Assembly: GCA_951406725.2 (NCBI GenBank)
Contig: OX597827.1
Span: 80,476,001 to 80,540,000 of the forward strand
Direction of reading: 5' to 3'
Length of the DNA: 64,000 bases
Source: Octopus vulgaris
Taxonomy: Eukaryota
In this document: in pieces, positions 52,641-64,000 of the stretch
Numbering within the stretch: position 1 is the first letter of the stretch
Layout of the letters: every line of letters begins with the position of its first letter
Translations under genes and position numbers: made by a program
The notes under the pieces: generated by a model
What the model was told of the DNA's origin: nothing
Databases searched by the model: none
What the model saw: the letters and a program-made list of their open reading frames with translations, nothing else

Positions 52641-52888
52641 CTTTTTAATAATTATATCATTGGTTATTCAGTGAGAAAGAGAAAGATGTATTGTTGTAGA
52701 AAGATCCATTGTAAGTGCTGCTGTAATGGTGTGACAATGGCTGTTATGGTGATGGAGTAGTGTAGCACGTCAGGCAGAGAGTCTGCTGCTAGGAGAGGGT
52801 TGCATGTGTCACTGAAGTTGTATGTTTTGTGGGAGTACATCCACCTAATAGTATTCTGTGCATGTATTTAGCCTTAAAGAAGATGTTT
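52641..52888 (-). other. Leader exon copy F (for gene 5)
   Basis: Conserved core, AG|GTAAGT donor at 52640. Confidence 0.7.
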
Positions 52889-52988
52889 ACTATTTACATG
52901 GATATATATTTAAATAGCTAGAATTATGTTTATACTGAAACAGAACATAATTGTTTGGGATAATAACATTAGTGATGTGAAGGCTTGG

Positions 52989-53058
52989 CTTTGTTAGTGA
53001 ATTGTTGTGTGTTTTATCCCGAATCTGATTGGTCGAGTGATCGAAACAGGAGACCAAT
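52989..53058 (-). promoter_or_regulatory. Candidate promoter module F
   Basis: ctgattgg 53025-53032; ccaat 53054-53058. Confidence 0.6.
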
Positions 53059-53572
53059 GAAGCTGCTCCTTCATATTGATTTCTTTCCCTGATGAACATG
53101 GTCATATATTTAGAGGTTGTGATGATCATGCTTTCCCACAGTGGCTGCCGGCTTAAGTTATAGCATTTATAGTTAATAATAATACTCCAAAGATGTCAGG
53201 TAACTTCATCTCATGGATAAATAAAAATCTCCCTTATGTACTTTTACACCATCAGAAGGAGAATTACACAAGCCCTGCAAAGAACAGAGTAAACATGGCA
53301 AACCATATACAATATAATCTCTGGTTATTATTATCAATAAAACATAGAAAATTTGGTGTATTATGGAGTGTAATAAACATTCTTTCATTAAGTTAAAAAC
53401 CCCACCTATTTTGCAATCAAGGGATAATTAAAAAATAAAAAAATAATAACTTATCTATATTATCTTTTTGCCTTTGATAATCTGTATTCTTATATAGAGT
53501 ATATAGCAAAATGTGTGTGTGTGTGTGTGTGTACTGAAGAGTCTATATCTTGTATTTACATAATGCAAAGTA

Positions 53573-53652
53573 TTATACATGTTTGACTGGAGTTTCTTCA
53601 CTGGAATCTTTCGACGTAGTTGCATCATTATTCTTCTTATATAAATTTTGAT
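53573..53652 (-). CDS. Pcdh: Protocadherin gene 6, terminal coding exon (DQNLYKKNNDATTSKDSSEETPVKHV*)
   Basis: 80 nt; in-frame 3-nt insertion relative to other copies. Confidence 0.8.
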
Positions 53653-53939
53653 CTGGAATTTAGATTGGAAACATGCATTACAAAATCACAGACTTGCAGA
53701 TTTCATTAATTAACTGCTTAATGAAAAAGAAAAAAATATGCTATAACAAAACATATATTCTGGAGTTTATAAACAGAAAATTTGAGCAACTTGTTATCTC
53801 ATTAGTCAAGAATAGATAAATAATAAATAAAACAGATTTATTCCAGAAATTGTTGACACAAAATATTCCCCCAAAAGTATGAGGGAAAACTGTTGAAATG
53901 AATTCTTCACAACCGACAGTATATTTAATAGTTACTAAC

Positions 53940-54093
53940 CTGATACTCCTGGTATTTCTTCGTAATGTTTCAAGTCTCCGTGTCTACCACTTCTCTTGGA
54001 TGACATTGTATCTGATGTATAGTTACAAACCATAGTAGCATTATCTTCCACAGCATCATCACTTGATGTCACCACAACAGGTTGACAGTATTT
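53940..54093 (-). CDS. Pcdh: Protocadherin gene 6, cytoplasmic exon
   Basis: 154-nt exon; donor GTTAGT. Confidence 0.85.
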
Positions 54094-54264
54094 CTGTTGA
54101 CAAACAAATGATAAAGAAATGTGAGAAGACACCAAACAACGGAAGTTACAATCAACATGGAAAGAGAACAATTTAATATTGGAATGTATTATTGAAGTTA
54201 AAACATATTCAAAGAGATTTCATTGTTCACTTTTACAGAGAGAAAATGTAATGTTTCCACTTAC

Positions 54265-56640
54265 TGGGGTAGGTTTTGGTAAAGTTCTCGACTGAACTGA
54301 AGATTCATATTTGTTCTGTAGCTGACCTTCTGCATAACATTCACTCTTGGATCTCTCAGAATAGATATTCCGCTTCACCATCTCTTCTGCATTCCTCGAC
54401 ATAGCAACAGAAGTGTTAGTCTGGTACAACAATTGTTTCATCTCTGCTCTACCTTGGTAGGCTGTATTCTTTGTGGCAGCAGCTGTGTTATCTCTGTGTT
54501 TAATACATTTCATAATACACAGCGTTATAGAAACAACAATAGCCACTGATATTATTACTGCTGATGATACAATGATAATAACCCATGTCATATGGACCCG
54601 ACCTGAAGATTGTAAAGGTCCACTCTTCGACATTGGTGATGTCTCGTTACTAACAGCCAATACCAAAGTGACACTAGTTGTTGACGACTGAACTGGACTA
54701 CCACTGTCCTTCACAACAAACACCAGCTCATAACTTCCAGCATCATTTAGATAAACTTGTCTGGAGAAGGATAAAGCACCACTGTGTGAGTTCATACTAA
54801 ACAACTGTTTAGCATTTCCTTGTATGATTGCATATCTGAGGAAAGCATTGTTTCCACTGTCCCCATCAGACGCTCTCAAAACTGTGATGTCACTCTTACT
54901 CTGCGGATGGTACTGCACATTTAGCGTGTAAGGGTCACTACTAGGATATGTAAAATACGGAGCATTGTCATTTTGATCTAGAATCTCAACAACAACATTC
55001 GCCGTGTCATTCAGAGATGGGCTTCCATTATCTTTGACAAAAACCTCAAACTTATACACATCTTGTTTCTCTCTGTCCAATGACATGGTTGCTGAAATGA
55101 AGCCATAACTGGTGATGAGAAATGGGAGATTGGATTTTTCTTTACGCAGCAGAGAATATGTGAGTTGTCCAGCAGATCCAAGATCAGGGTCAGTGGCATT
55201 GACAAAACCAATAGGGAAGTCTTTATCTTTGTTTTCGTAGGTGAGGAATTGGAATGTATCTTTGGTAAACTGTGGTTGTACATCGTTGATGTCAGTCACT
55301 TGGATAGAGAGGCTTTTAACACTTTTAAGAGGAGGTAGTCCTTTATCTTGACAGGAGACAGGAATGTTATAGTGTCCTTGTGTTTCTCTGTCCACTGGTT
55401 TGTTTAGAATGATTTTATATTCTTTAGATCCCATTGACTGTAGTTTGAATGTATCATGTTTGATATCACAGCTGACCTCTCCATTTTGTCCCACATCATT
55501 GTCAGTGACCATCACATAAGCAATGAAACTACCAACTTTGATGTTTTCAGAAATGGTAGCTGTGTTGTCATCGATTGCATTAACATAATCAATATCAATA
55601 GATGGAGGATTGTTGTGTTGGTTGATGACATTTACCAAAACAGTTGCTATAGAAATGAGAGGAGGGCTGCCCCCGTCTCTGGCTTCAATAAACAATTCAT
55701 AGGTTTTCTTTTTACCCAGATTTGAATATTCCCTTAACAGAATATTTCCACTGGTTTCGTTCAATTGAAAATAGCTTTTTGCTATATCTGATGTCTTTGG
55801 ACTAAAATGGAAAGTAATTTTACCATTTTCACCAGCATCAACATCAGTCACAGACAAAACAATGATGGGTTTAGACCTGTGATGTTTACTTTGTATGGAT
55901 ATATTATACAGAGGTTTAGAAAATACAGGTGGGTTGTCATTTTCATCTGTTACAGAAATATTTATATTCAAAATCCCTTGTTTTGCTGGTGACCCTCCAT
56001 CTTTAGCTATGACCTGTAATAAATATGTATCTTTGATTTCTCTGTCCAATGATTCTTTTAAAACTATTTTAAGAGAAGAAATTCCATCAGCTCTTTTAGA
56101 CACTGACAGAGAGAATGGTTCTCCATTCTTTGATTTTAATTTATATTGTATTAAGGAATTTTGAAATCCTATATCCTTGTCCATTGCGTTTGGTAGTGAC
56201 ACTTTGGCTCCATCACGATCATGTTCACCAAACTGTATATTAACTACCCTCATAGGAAACTCTGGTTGATGGTCATTAATGTCTTCTATGATTATTTTGA
56301 TTTTTAATATTTTTGAAACACTGGTTCCTTTATTGACAACAACTTTCATAGTTCTGGAACATTCTTTGTTGAATGTGCAGAGATCTTCTGCATCCAGTGT
56401 CTGAGCAGTGTACAGTTTACCTGTTTTGGTGATGTTAAATAACTGTGCCACCTTTCGTTTGAATTGACTGAATGTTATCAAATGTTGGTCAGATGGTTTA
56501 ACATTGTCTAAAAGTTTAGAATCGGCAGCAATGTCTGCTACATATGTTCCTGGACTTCTTTCTTCTTCCACGTGGTAGGTAAGGTCTATGGTCAGGACAC
56601 AGTGGACCAGTGACAATACAATGGACAATGACAGGAACAT
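54265..56640 (-). CDS. Pcdh: Protocadherin gene 6, main exon
   Basis: Six cadherin repeats + TM; acceptor with exon start at 56692. Confidence 0.95.
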
Positions 56641-59600
56641 ATTGTTCTGGAGTGATGGTACACTTCAGGCTATCAAGATATGTTGTTTGAACCTAAAACA
56701 GAAATATAGTTCATTAAACAATTTTTATCAAAAATAAACTACAACTTAAAATCCACAGGTAACATTGAAATAATAAGAGGATATGAGACTCATCCTTTAT
56801 GGCAGTTTACTTATAGATTGAAACATATATAAAATGGCTTCAATGTACTCAACATGACTGAAAAAAAATCAAAAACTAGTTGTCAGGGAAAGTGGTATTA
56901 GATAAGGTTCTTCAATACCAAAAACATTTTCCATACGAAGAATTTCAGAGATGTATATACACATGAAGGGTTTTGATCTGAGATCATGTTCTGTAACTAA
57001 AATGATTGCAGTGTCAAAGACATTTGTTGACTCAAAAGTAAACTACAAATGCATGCTTCATTTAAACATTTATTTGATAGCTGTTCAGTGAGATGCAGAG
57101 GGAAAAATGAAAAAGAAATGTCTGTTAGAATTGCAACATGATGCAGTTGTGAGTAATGGAAATTTTGACAGCATATTAAAATAGGGATTTAAGTGAAGTT
57201 TCTTAGCCTGAGTGTTTCTTAGTAACTAACTTGTCTTCCAAGCTGCAATTGCATAAGAAAGTATATGTTCCAAAAATGGATGCATACAAAGCTATGAATT
57301 CATGTGTCAACTGAAAACAGCAAGATGCACACCTACCAAGACCATGAAATATGAACCATTATTTTCATTATACAAAAGAAGTACAAATGGGTCATCAAAA
57401 GACTTGTAATGGCTACTTTAAGTGGTAGAGAATGTTCCATGGTTGGTGTTCTATCACTTAAAGGACTGAATATCTAATTCCATTGCAAATTATATCAGAC
57501 TGCAATTTGGTTACACTACATTTCACTGGCCGGCTGCCATGTACTTTGTTCACCAACCAATGAGGGATTAGCAGTGCATAACTTACTTTGGAGTTCATAA
57601 GCAGAGGAGCATAACTTTGCTTTTTCATGGGCTTTCAAGATGAAACAACTTAAACAAATGCACTCTTACATCAGAGATGAATTCAATCGTACATCAAGAC
57701 ATATACGTACTCACTGGTATGCATAACCATGCATACATATGTGCACATGCACAAGCATGTGTACAGCTATACACACTCATACGGATATATTCTTCTGCAC
57801 ACACACACACACACACACTTATACATGTGTGCACAGGCAAAGCCTTTCTAACTGGAATTTTCTGTCACAAAAGTCATACGAAAATACCAAGTCCACGAGA
57901 GTCTATTATTTATTATTCGAGGAAATAATCTTTTCAGATTATGTGGCTTACTTAACCAGAGCTAACATTTTGTAACACCAACATAAAGGCCTTTTTACCA
58001 CTAGCTTAGCTGGAGTGTGTGCTGCCTGGGGCACCCCTTCAGTTTTCCACCCGTGGGCCGCCATAAAAGTGTCACCTGGGGTTGCCCACCCCATCTGCCC
58101 ACCATCTATGCTAGGGCTTTTTACCAAATATAATATTCTTTTACTGTTCACAATGGTAATAATTAGTGGCCGGTGATCAAGGAGAAAATGTATTTCATCC
58201 GTTATTTTCTACAAATGAAAAGTTCTTAAATTAAATGTGCATCTTTCTAGAATACTATGAATATATATTTTATACGACTTCAAAATCCTCAGAGCCTGAC
58301 AAAATTACAAATATGTATTTGAAACATAAATGGCCAGAAGAGGTGGTTGCCATCTCCAGCATCTTCAACTATTTATACCAACACTACTAATACTCCAGCA
58401 TGTAGAGACTGGGTAGAATTATAATCCAATCTAACAGATGCAACATTACACAGATTTACTCTTCTCAGATGTAAACCTAAAAACAAACAAAAAAAATACA
58501 AAATCATAGGAAGATTCCTTATTGTCTCGACCGAAACATTTTTCTTTCAAATTTACTACATGCATTTCGAACACTACACCGAACACCTCTACTCTCAAAC
58601 CTCACACGGTGTCTGATGATTTAAGCAACAGTAATCAAAACACATTATGATCACCACCACTAATTTAAGCAAAACATTTGAATCAAAGATTTATTTTTAT
58701 AACTTTTATCTTTAGTAAAAGAGAAATAAACTTCAGTTTAGTCTGACATTCTCATTCCATAGTTTTTCTTTGAAACATCTTGGTGAAACTGCTTTAACAG
58801 AGATGAAGTCAGAGGTATGTTCTTTATCACAGGAAATGTTATCCTTAACAATAATAATAGTTTCAATACTTCAGGAACCATTCCAAAAGGTTCCACAGCA
58901 TCGTCCTTAACCATAGACTACCTACATATCCCTTACTTCTATAGCTGTCTTGATTCTCGTCTGTTCAATTCGAAGAAGGATCAAATTGATCCATTCATAT
59001 TTCTTACCATTTTCCGCTGATTAAAATTAGAGTGGTAAGGAAAATGGGGTGGGTTGAACAGGAAGGACTCAGTAGTGTCTCATGTTACAAAGGTGCATAC
59101 GGCCAGATAAACAGGGTGGAGAATGGGTGAAGGAGAAATAGCTTGAGATGGACAGTATCAGTGAAATAAAGAGAGGTGAGGGGTGTCATGGAAATGAAGA
59201 GGGACCAGTGAGAGGGTGTTGAAGTGGTGAAGAAGCTACCAGGGCTGGGCAAAATATTTGTATAAATGCTTGGATGATTGGGTTTGTGTAATTGTTTGTA
59301 TTTATGGCACATTTGTGCACCTAAATAGGTGCCTGGCATCTTGCAGGGATTTTTCTCAACCAGTAAGACAAACTTTCTCCATGTTTCGTGACTTCTAACA
59401 CATTATTTTACACATCTAGAGCATTTCTTTTCTTTTCTTCCTTCAAAACCATTTTAAATGAAGAAATTTATGCCATCTCCTTTAATCCATTGTCAAACAC
59501 AAATCTCAGTCAAGCTTTCAGTTTCCACATAATGTGAGATTAGAGATTATCTCTTTGTTCCGAAACTACTTGTGATTATGTTTAGAAAGCAAAGTCACTA

Positions 59601-60826
59601 ATGAAGATATGACTGATCCCAATCATAAACTGGAGTCACATTTGCTTTAAAAATCACAGACAAAGTAAATGTCTTCAGAGAATATATTAAAGGAATTAAA
59701 CTGTAGAATCTAACTTAATAACAAACAATTTAAACCAATGTTTACAATTAGGGCTGCCGAATGATAACGAGCAACTCTCGTTGCAATTGAATGACAAGAA
59801 AATAAGTAACAAAAGATGGTTAAGACGTGAATTAAGTATCTTATGAGATTCAAGGCTAAAGTGAATTAGTTTAAGATTTCCATGACTAGAAATTATTAAT
59901 AGTTAGAGTTTAAGTAATTCATACAAGAAGCTATATGTTTAAATATTATTATGAAAGATATCAGACAATACAGTGATGATGATGATGTTGATAGGTTGCT
60001 TTTAATTTGATATGTAAATCGAATTTATAAATTAAATACACTCTACTTTTGATTTATGTCACATATTTATTACAATTATCAAAATATCTGATAAATACTA
60101 AGGATGCAGTATAGAATATGTTAGAAAATTTGGACAGAAATTATACAGAAAAAAATAAGAAAAAGCAGCTGAATTAAGATGACATGTTTGAAATTCCAAT
60201 TTTCGGACAAACACAGACAAATAATAATGAAAGATATGCAAAATATAATGGTATTGTCTATATATACATACATAAATATATATATATATATATTCAGTTA
60301 CAAACATAGCTAGTCCTTTTATTGTCTTCTGCAGCACGACACCATTGTTGTTCACTCGTCACACATTTTAATCTTAATATGTCTGCCATTATCCCTGAGC
60401 AAAATTTGTAACACAACATCACTTCATCATTTCTAATAATCTACACACTTACAGCCATTTCAAACTCTTGGCAAAATATTGCTAAATATCTTTTTATTTA
60501 ATATCTTCACATCTCTTTCGCATACTATTTGCTATATATTCACAACAAAAAGACACACTCCATCACTACATTATATACACAGTTGCTTATTGTTACTGAC
60601 CAATATATAAAACAAATATTATTTAGGAACGCATAATATTGTTTCAATGAAGTAAAGTCTAAATATTAATCATTTCAAACAGCATTTTCCAATTAATTTT
60701 CATATAAAACAATATGGACGCTATTATATTGTCTGTATTAGTTATTGTTTGTGGAGTAATATCTCACAGATTTGGTGAGTGATAATAAATTAAAATGAGA
60801 TTATAAAAGATTAAATAGAAACTTAC

Positions 60827-61075
60827 CTCTTTAATAATTATATCATTGGTTATTCAGTGAGAAAGAGAAAGATGTATTGTTGTAGAAAGATCCATTGTAA
60901 GTGCTGCTGTAATGGTGTGACAATGGCTGTTATGGTGATGGAGTAGTGTAGCACGTCAGGCAGAGAGTCTGCTGCTAGGAGAGGGTTGCATGTGTCACTG
61001 AAGTTGTATGTTTTGTGGGAGTACGTCCACCTAATAGTATTCTGTGCATGTATTTAGCCTTAAAGAAGATGTTTA
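60827..61075 (-). other. Leader exon copy G (for gene 6)
   Basis: Conserved core, AG|GTAAGT donor at 60826. Confidence 0.7.
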
Positions 61076-61174
61076 CTATTTACATGGATATATATTTAAA
61101 TAGCTAGAATTATGTTTATACTGAAACAGAACACAATTGTTTGGGATAATAACATTAGTGATGTGAATGCTTGG

Positions 61175-61244
61175 CTTTGTTAGTGAATTGTTGTGTGTTT
61201 TATCCCGAATCTGATTGGTCGAGTGATCGAAACAGGAGACCAAT
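61175..61244 (-). promoter_or_regulatory. Candidate promoter module G
   Basis: ctgattgg 61211-61218; ccaat 61240-61244. Confidence 0.6.
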
Positions 61245-61758
61245 GAAGCTGCTCCCTTCATATTGATTTCTTTCCCTGATGAACATGGTCATATATTTAG
61301 AGGTTGTGATGATCATGCTTTCCCACAGTGGCTGCCGGCTTAAGTTATAGCATTTATAGTTAATAATAATACTCCAAAGATGTCAGGTAACTTCATCTCA
61401 TGGATAAATAAAAAATCTCCCTTATGTACTTTTACACCATCAGAAGGAGAATTACACAAGCCCTGCAAAGGACAGAGTAAACATGGCAAACCATAGAGAA
61501 TATAATCTCTGGTTATTATTATCAAGAACACATAGAAAATTTGGTGTACTATGGAGTGCAATAAACATTCTTTCATTATATTAAAAACCTGACTTATTTT
61601 GCAATCAAGGGATAATTAAAAAAGAAAAAAATAACTTATCTATATTATCTTTTTGCCTTTGATAATCTGTATTCTTATATAGAGTCTATAGCAAAATGTG
61701 TGTGTGTGTGTGTGTGTGTGTGTACTGAAGAGTCTATATCTTGTATTTACATGGAGTA

Positions 61759-61835
61759 TTATACATGTTTGACTGGAGTTTCTTCACTGGAATCTTTCGA
61801 CGTAGTTGCATCATTATTCTTATATAAATTTTGAT
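61759..61835 (-). CDS. Pcdh: Protocadherin gene 7, terminal coding exon (DQNLYKNNDATTSKDSSEETPVKHV*)
   Basis: TTCCAG acceptor, 77 nt to stop. Confidence 0.8.
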
Positions 61836-62169
61836 CTGGAATTTAGATTGGAAACATGCATTACAAAATCACAGACTTGCAGATTTCATTAATTAATTAA
61901 TGGAAAAGAAAAAAAATATGCTATAACAAAACATATATTCTGGAGTTTATAAACAGAAAATTTGAGCAACTTGTTATCTCATTAGTTAAGAATAGATAAA
62001 TAATAAATAAAATACATTTATTCCAGAAATTGTTGACACAAAATATTCCCCAGAAACATGGGGGTAAAACGTAGAAATGAATTCTTCACAACTGACAATA
62101 TATCTGTTAGAAATGGCTGTTACTAAAAATCCACACTTGAGGTGAAAAAACAACATAATAGTTGCTAAC

Positions 62170-62323
62170 CTGAAACTCCTGGTATTTCTTCATAATGTTT
62201 CAAGTCTCCATGTCTACCACTTCTCTTGGATGACATTGTATCTGATGTATAGTTACAAACCATAGTAGCATTATCTTCCACAGCATCATCACTTGATGTC
62301 ACCACAACAGGTTGACAGTATTT
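62170..62323 (-). CDS. Pcdh: Protocadherin gene 7, cytoplasmic exon
   Basis: 154-nt exon; donor GTTAGC. Confidence 0.85.
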
Positions 62324-62496
62324 CTGTTGACAAACAAACGAAAAGAAATGTGAGAGAAGACACAAAACGATGGAAGTTACAATCAACATGGATAGAGAAC
62401 AATTTAATATTGGAATGTATTATTGAAGTTAAAACATATTCAAAGAGATTTCATTGTTCACTTTTACAGAGAGAAAAATGTAATGTTTCCACTTAC

Positions 62497-64000
62497 TGGG
62501 GTAGGTTTTGGTAAAGTTCTCGACTGAACTGAAGATTCATATTTGTTCTGTAGCTGACCTTCTGCATAACATTCACTCTTGGATCTCTCAGAATAGATAT
62601 TCCGCTTCACCATCTCTTCTGCATTCCTCGACATAGCAGCAACAGAAGTGTTAGTCTGGTACAACAATTGTTTCATCTCTGCTCTACCTTGGTAGGTTGT
62701 ATTCTTTGTGGAAGCAGCTGTGTTATCTCTGTGTTTAATACATTTCATAATACACAGCGTTATAGAAACAACAATAGCCACTGATATTATTACTGCTGAT
62801 GATACAATGATAATAACCCATGTCATATGGACCCGACCTGAAGATTGTAAAGGTCCACTCTTCGACATTGGTGACGTCTCGTTACTAACAGCCAATACCA
62901 AAGTGATACTAGTTGTTGACGACTGAACTGGACTACCACTGTCCTTCACAACAAACACCAGCTCATAACTTCCAGCATCATTTAGATAAACTTGTCTGGA
63001 GAAGGATAAAGCACCACTGTGTGAGTTCATACTAAACAGCTGTTTATCATTTCCTTGTTTGATTGCATATCTGAGGAAAGCATTGTTTCCACTGTCCCCA
63101 TCAGACGCTCTCAAAACTGTGATGTCACTCTTACTCTGCGGATGGTACTGCACATTTAGCGTGTAAGGGTCACTACTAGGATATGTAAAATACGGAGCAT
63201 TGTCATTTTGATCTAGAATCTCCACAACAACATTCGCTGTGTCATTCAGAGATGGGCTTCCATTGTCTTTGACAAAAACCTCAAACTTATACACATCTTG
63301 TTTCTCTCTGTCCAATGACATGGTCGCTGAAATGAAGCCATAACTGGTGATGAGAAATGGGAGATTGGATTTTTCTTTACGCAGCAGAGAATATGTGAGT
63401 TGTCCAGCAGATCCAAGATCAGGGTCAGTGGCATTGACAAAACCAATAGGGAAGTCTTTATCTTTGTTTTCGTAGGTGAGGAATTGGAATGTATCTTTGG
63501 TAAACTGTGGTTGTACATCGTTGATGTCAGTCACTTGGATAGAGAGGCTTTTAACACTTTTAAGAGGAGGTAATCCTTTATCTTGACAGGAGACAGGAAT
63601 GTTATAGTGTCCTTGTGTTTCTCTGTCCACTGGTTTGTTTAGAATGATTTTATATTCTTTAGATCCCATTGACTGTAGTTTGAATGTATCATGTTTGATA
63701 TCACAGCTGACCTCCCCATTTTGTCCCACATCATTGTCAGTGACCATCACATAAGCAATGAAACTACCAACTTTGGTATCTTCAGAAATGGTAGCTGTGT
63801 TGTCATTGATTGCAGAAACATAATCAATATCAATAGATGGAGGATTGTTGTGTTGATTGATAACATTTACAAGAACTGTTGCTATGGAACTAAAGGGTGG
63901 GCTGCCCCCATCTCTGGCTTCTATAAACAATTCGTAGGTTTTCTTTTTACCCAGACTTGAATATTTACTTAACAAAATAGTGCCACTTGTTTCATTTAAT
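62497..64000 (-). CDS. Pcdh: Protocadherin gene 7, main exon (partial, mid-EC3 onward)
   Basis: Frame open to the window edge (LNETSGTILLSKY...); EC4-EC6, TM; donor at 62496. Confidence 0.93.

Larger units (their letters stand above)
49999..53915. repeat. ~3.9 kb segmental duplication, paired with 58161-62092
   Basis: Colinear high similarity starting at aattagtggccggtgatcaaggag in both copies. Confidence 0.9.
58161..62092. repeat. Segmental duplication, paired with 49999-53915
   Basis: Colinear high similarity. Confidence 0.9.

Noticed and set aside
1-64000. CRISPR array, rRNA, intact tRNA or prokaryotic operon
   Set aside because: No repeat-spacer structure or RNA-gene signature; B-box-like motifs lie within SINE-like repeats, and the sequence has spliceosomal introns.

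Overview
AT-rich eukaryotic (animal) genomic DNA. From the gene family, layout and repeat content it is most likely a coleoid cephalopod (octopus), which is an inference. The window holds a head-to-tail tandem array of seven minus-strand protocadherin genes (six complete, the seventh cut by the right edge) plus the promoter/leader of an eighth gene off the left edge. I infer four exons per unit: (1) a near-identical non-coding leader exon ending in AG|GTAAGT, preceded by an ATTGG-N21-CCAAT module (second box CCACT in one copy); (2) after a 4-7.5 kb repeat-rich intron, a ~2.4 kb exon encoding signal peptide, six cadherin repeats, TM and juxtamembrane region; (3) a 154-nt cytoplasmic exon containing YEEI; (4) a 77-80 nt terminal coding exon (..SKDSSEETPVKHV*) that the ORF track misses. 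The spliced product is about 868 aa. EC1 and EC4-to-exon-3 are homogenised between paralogues. Variation is confined to late EC1, EC2, EC3 and early EC4, where it appears as co-varying, reshuffled blocks suggesting a combinatorial EC1:EC4 x EC2:EC3 recognition code. Introns contain RTE-like LINE fragments, SINE-like repeats, microsatellites and segmental duplications. All exon calls come from splice signals and cross-copy conservation, not from transcripts.
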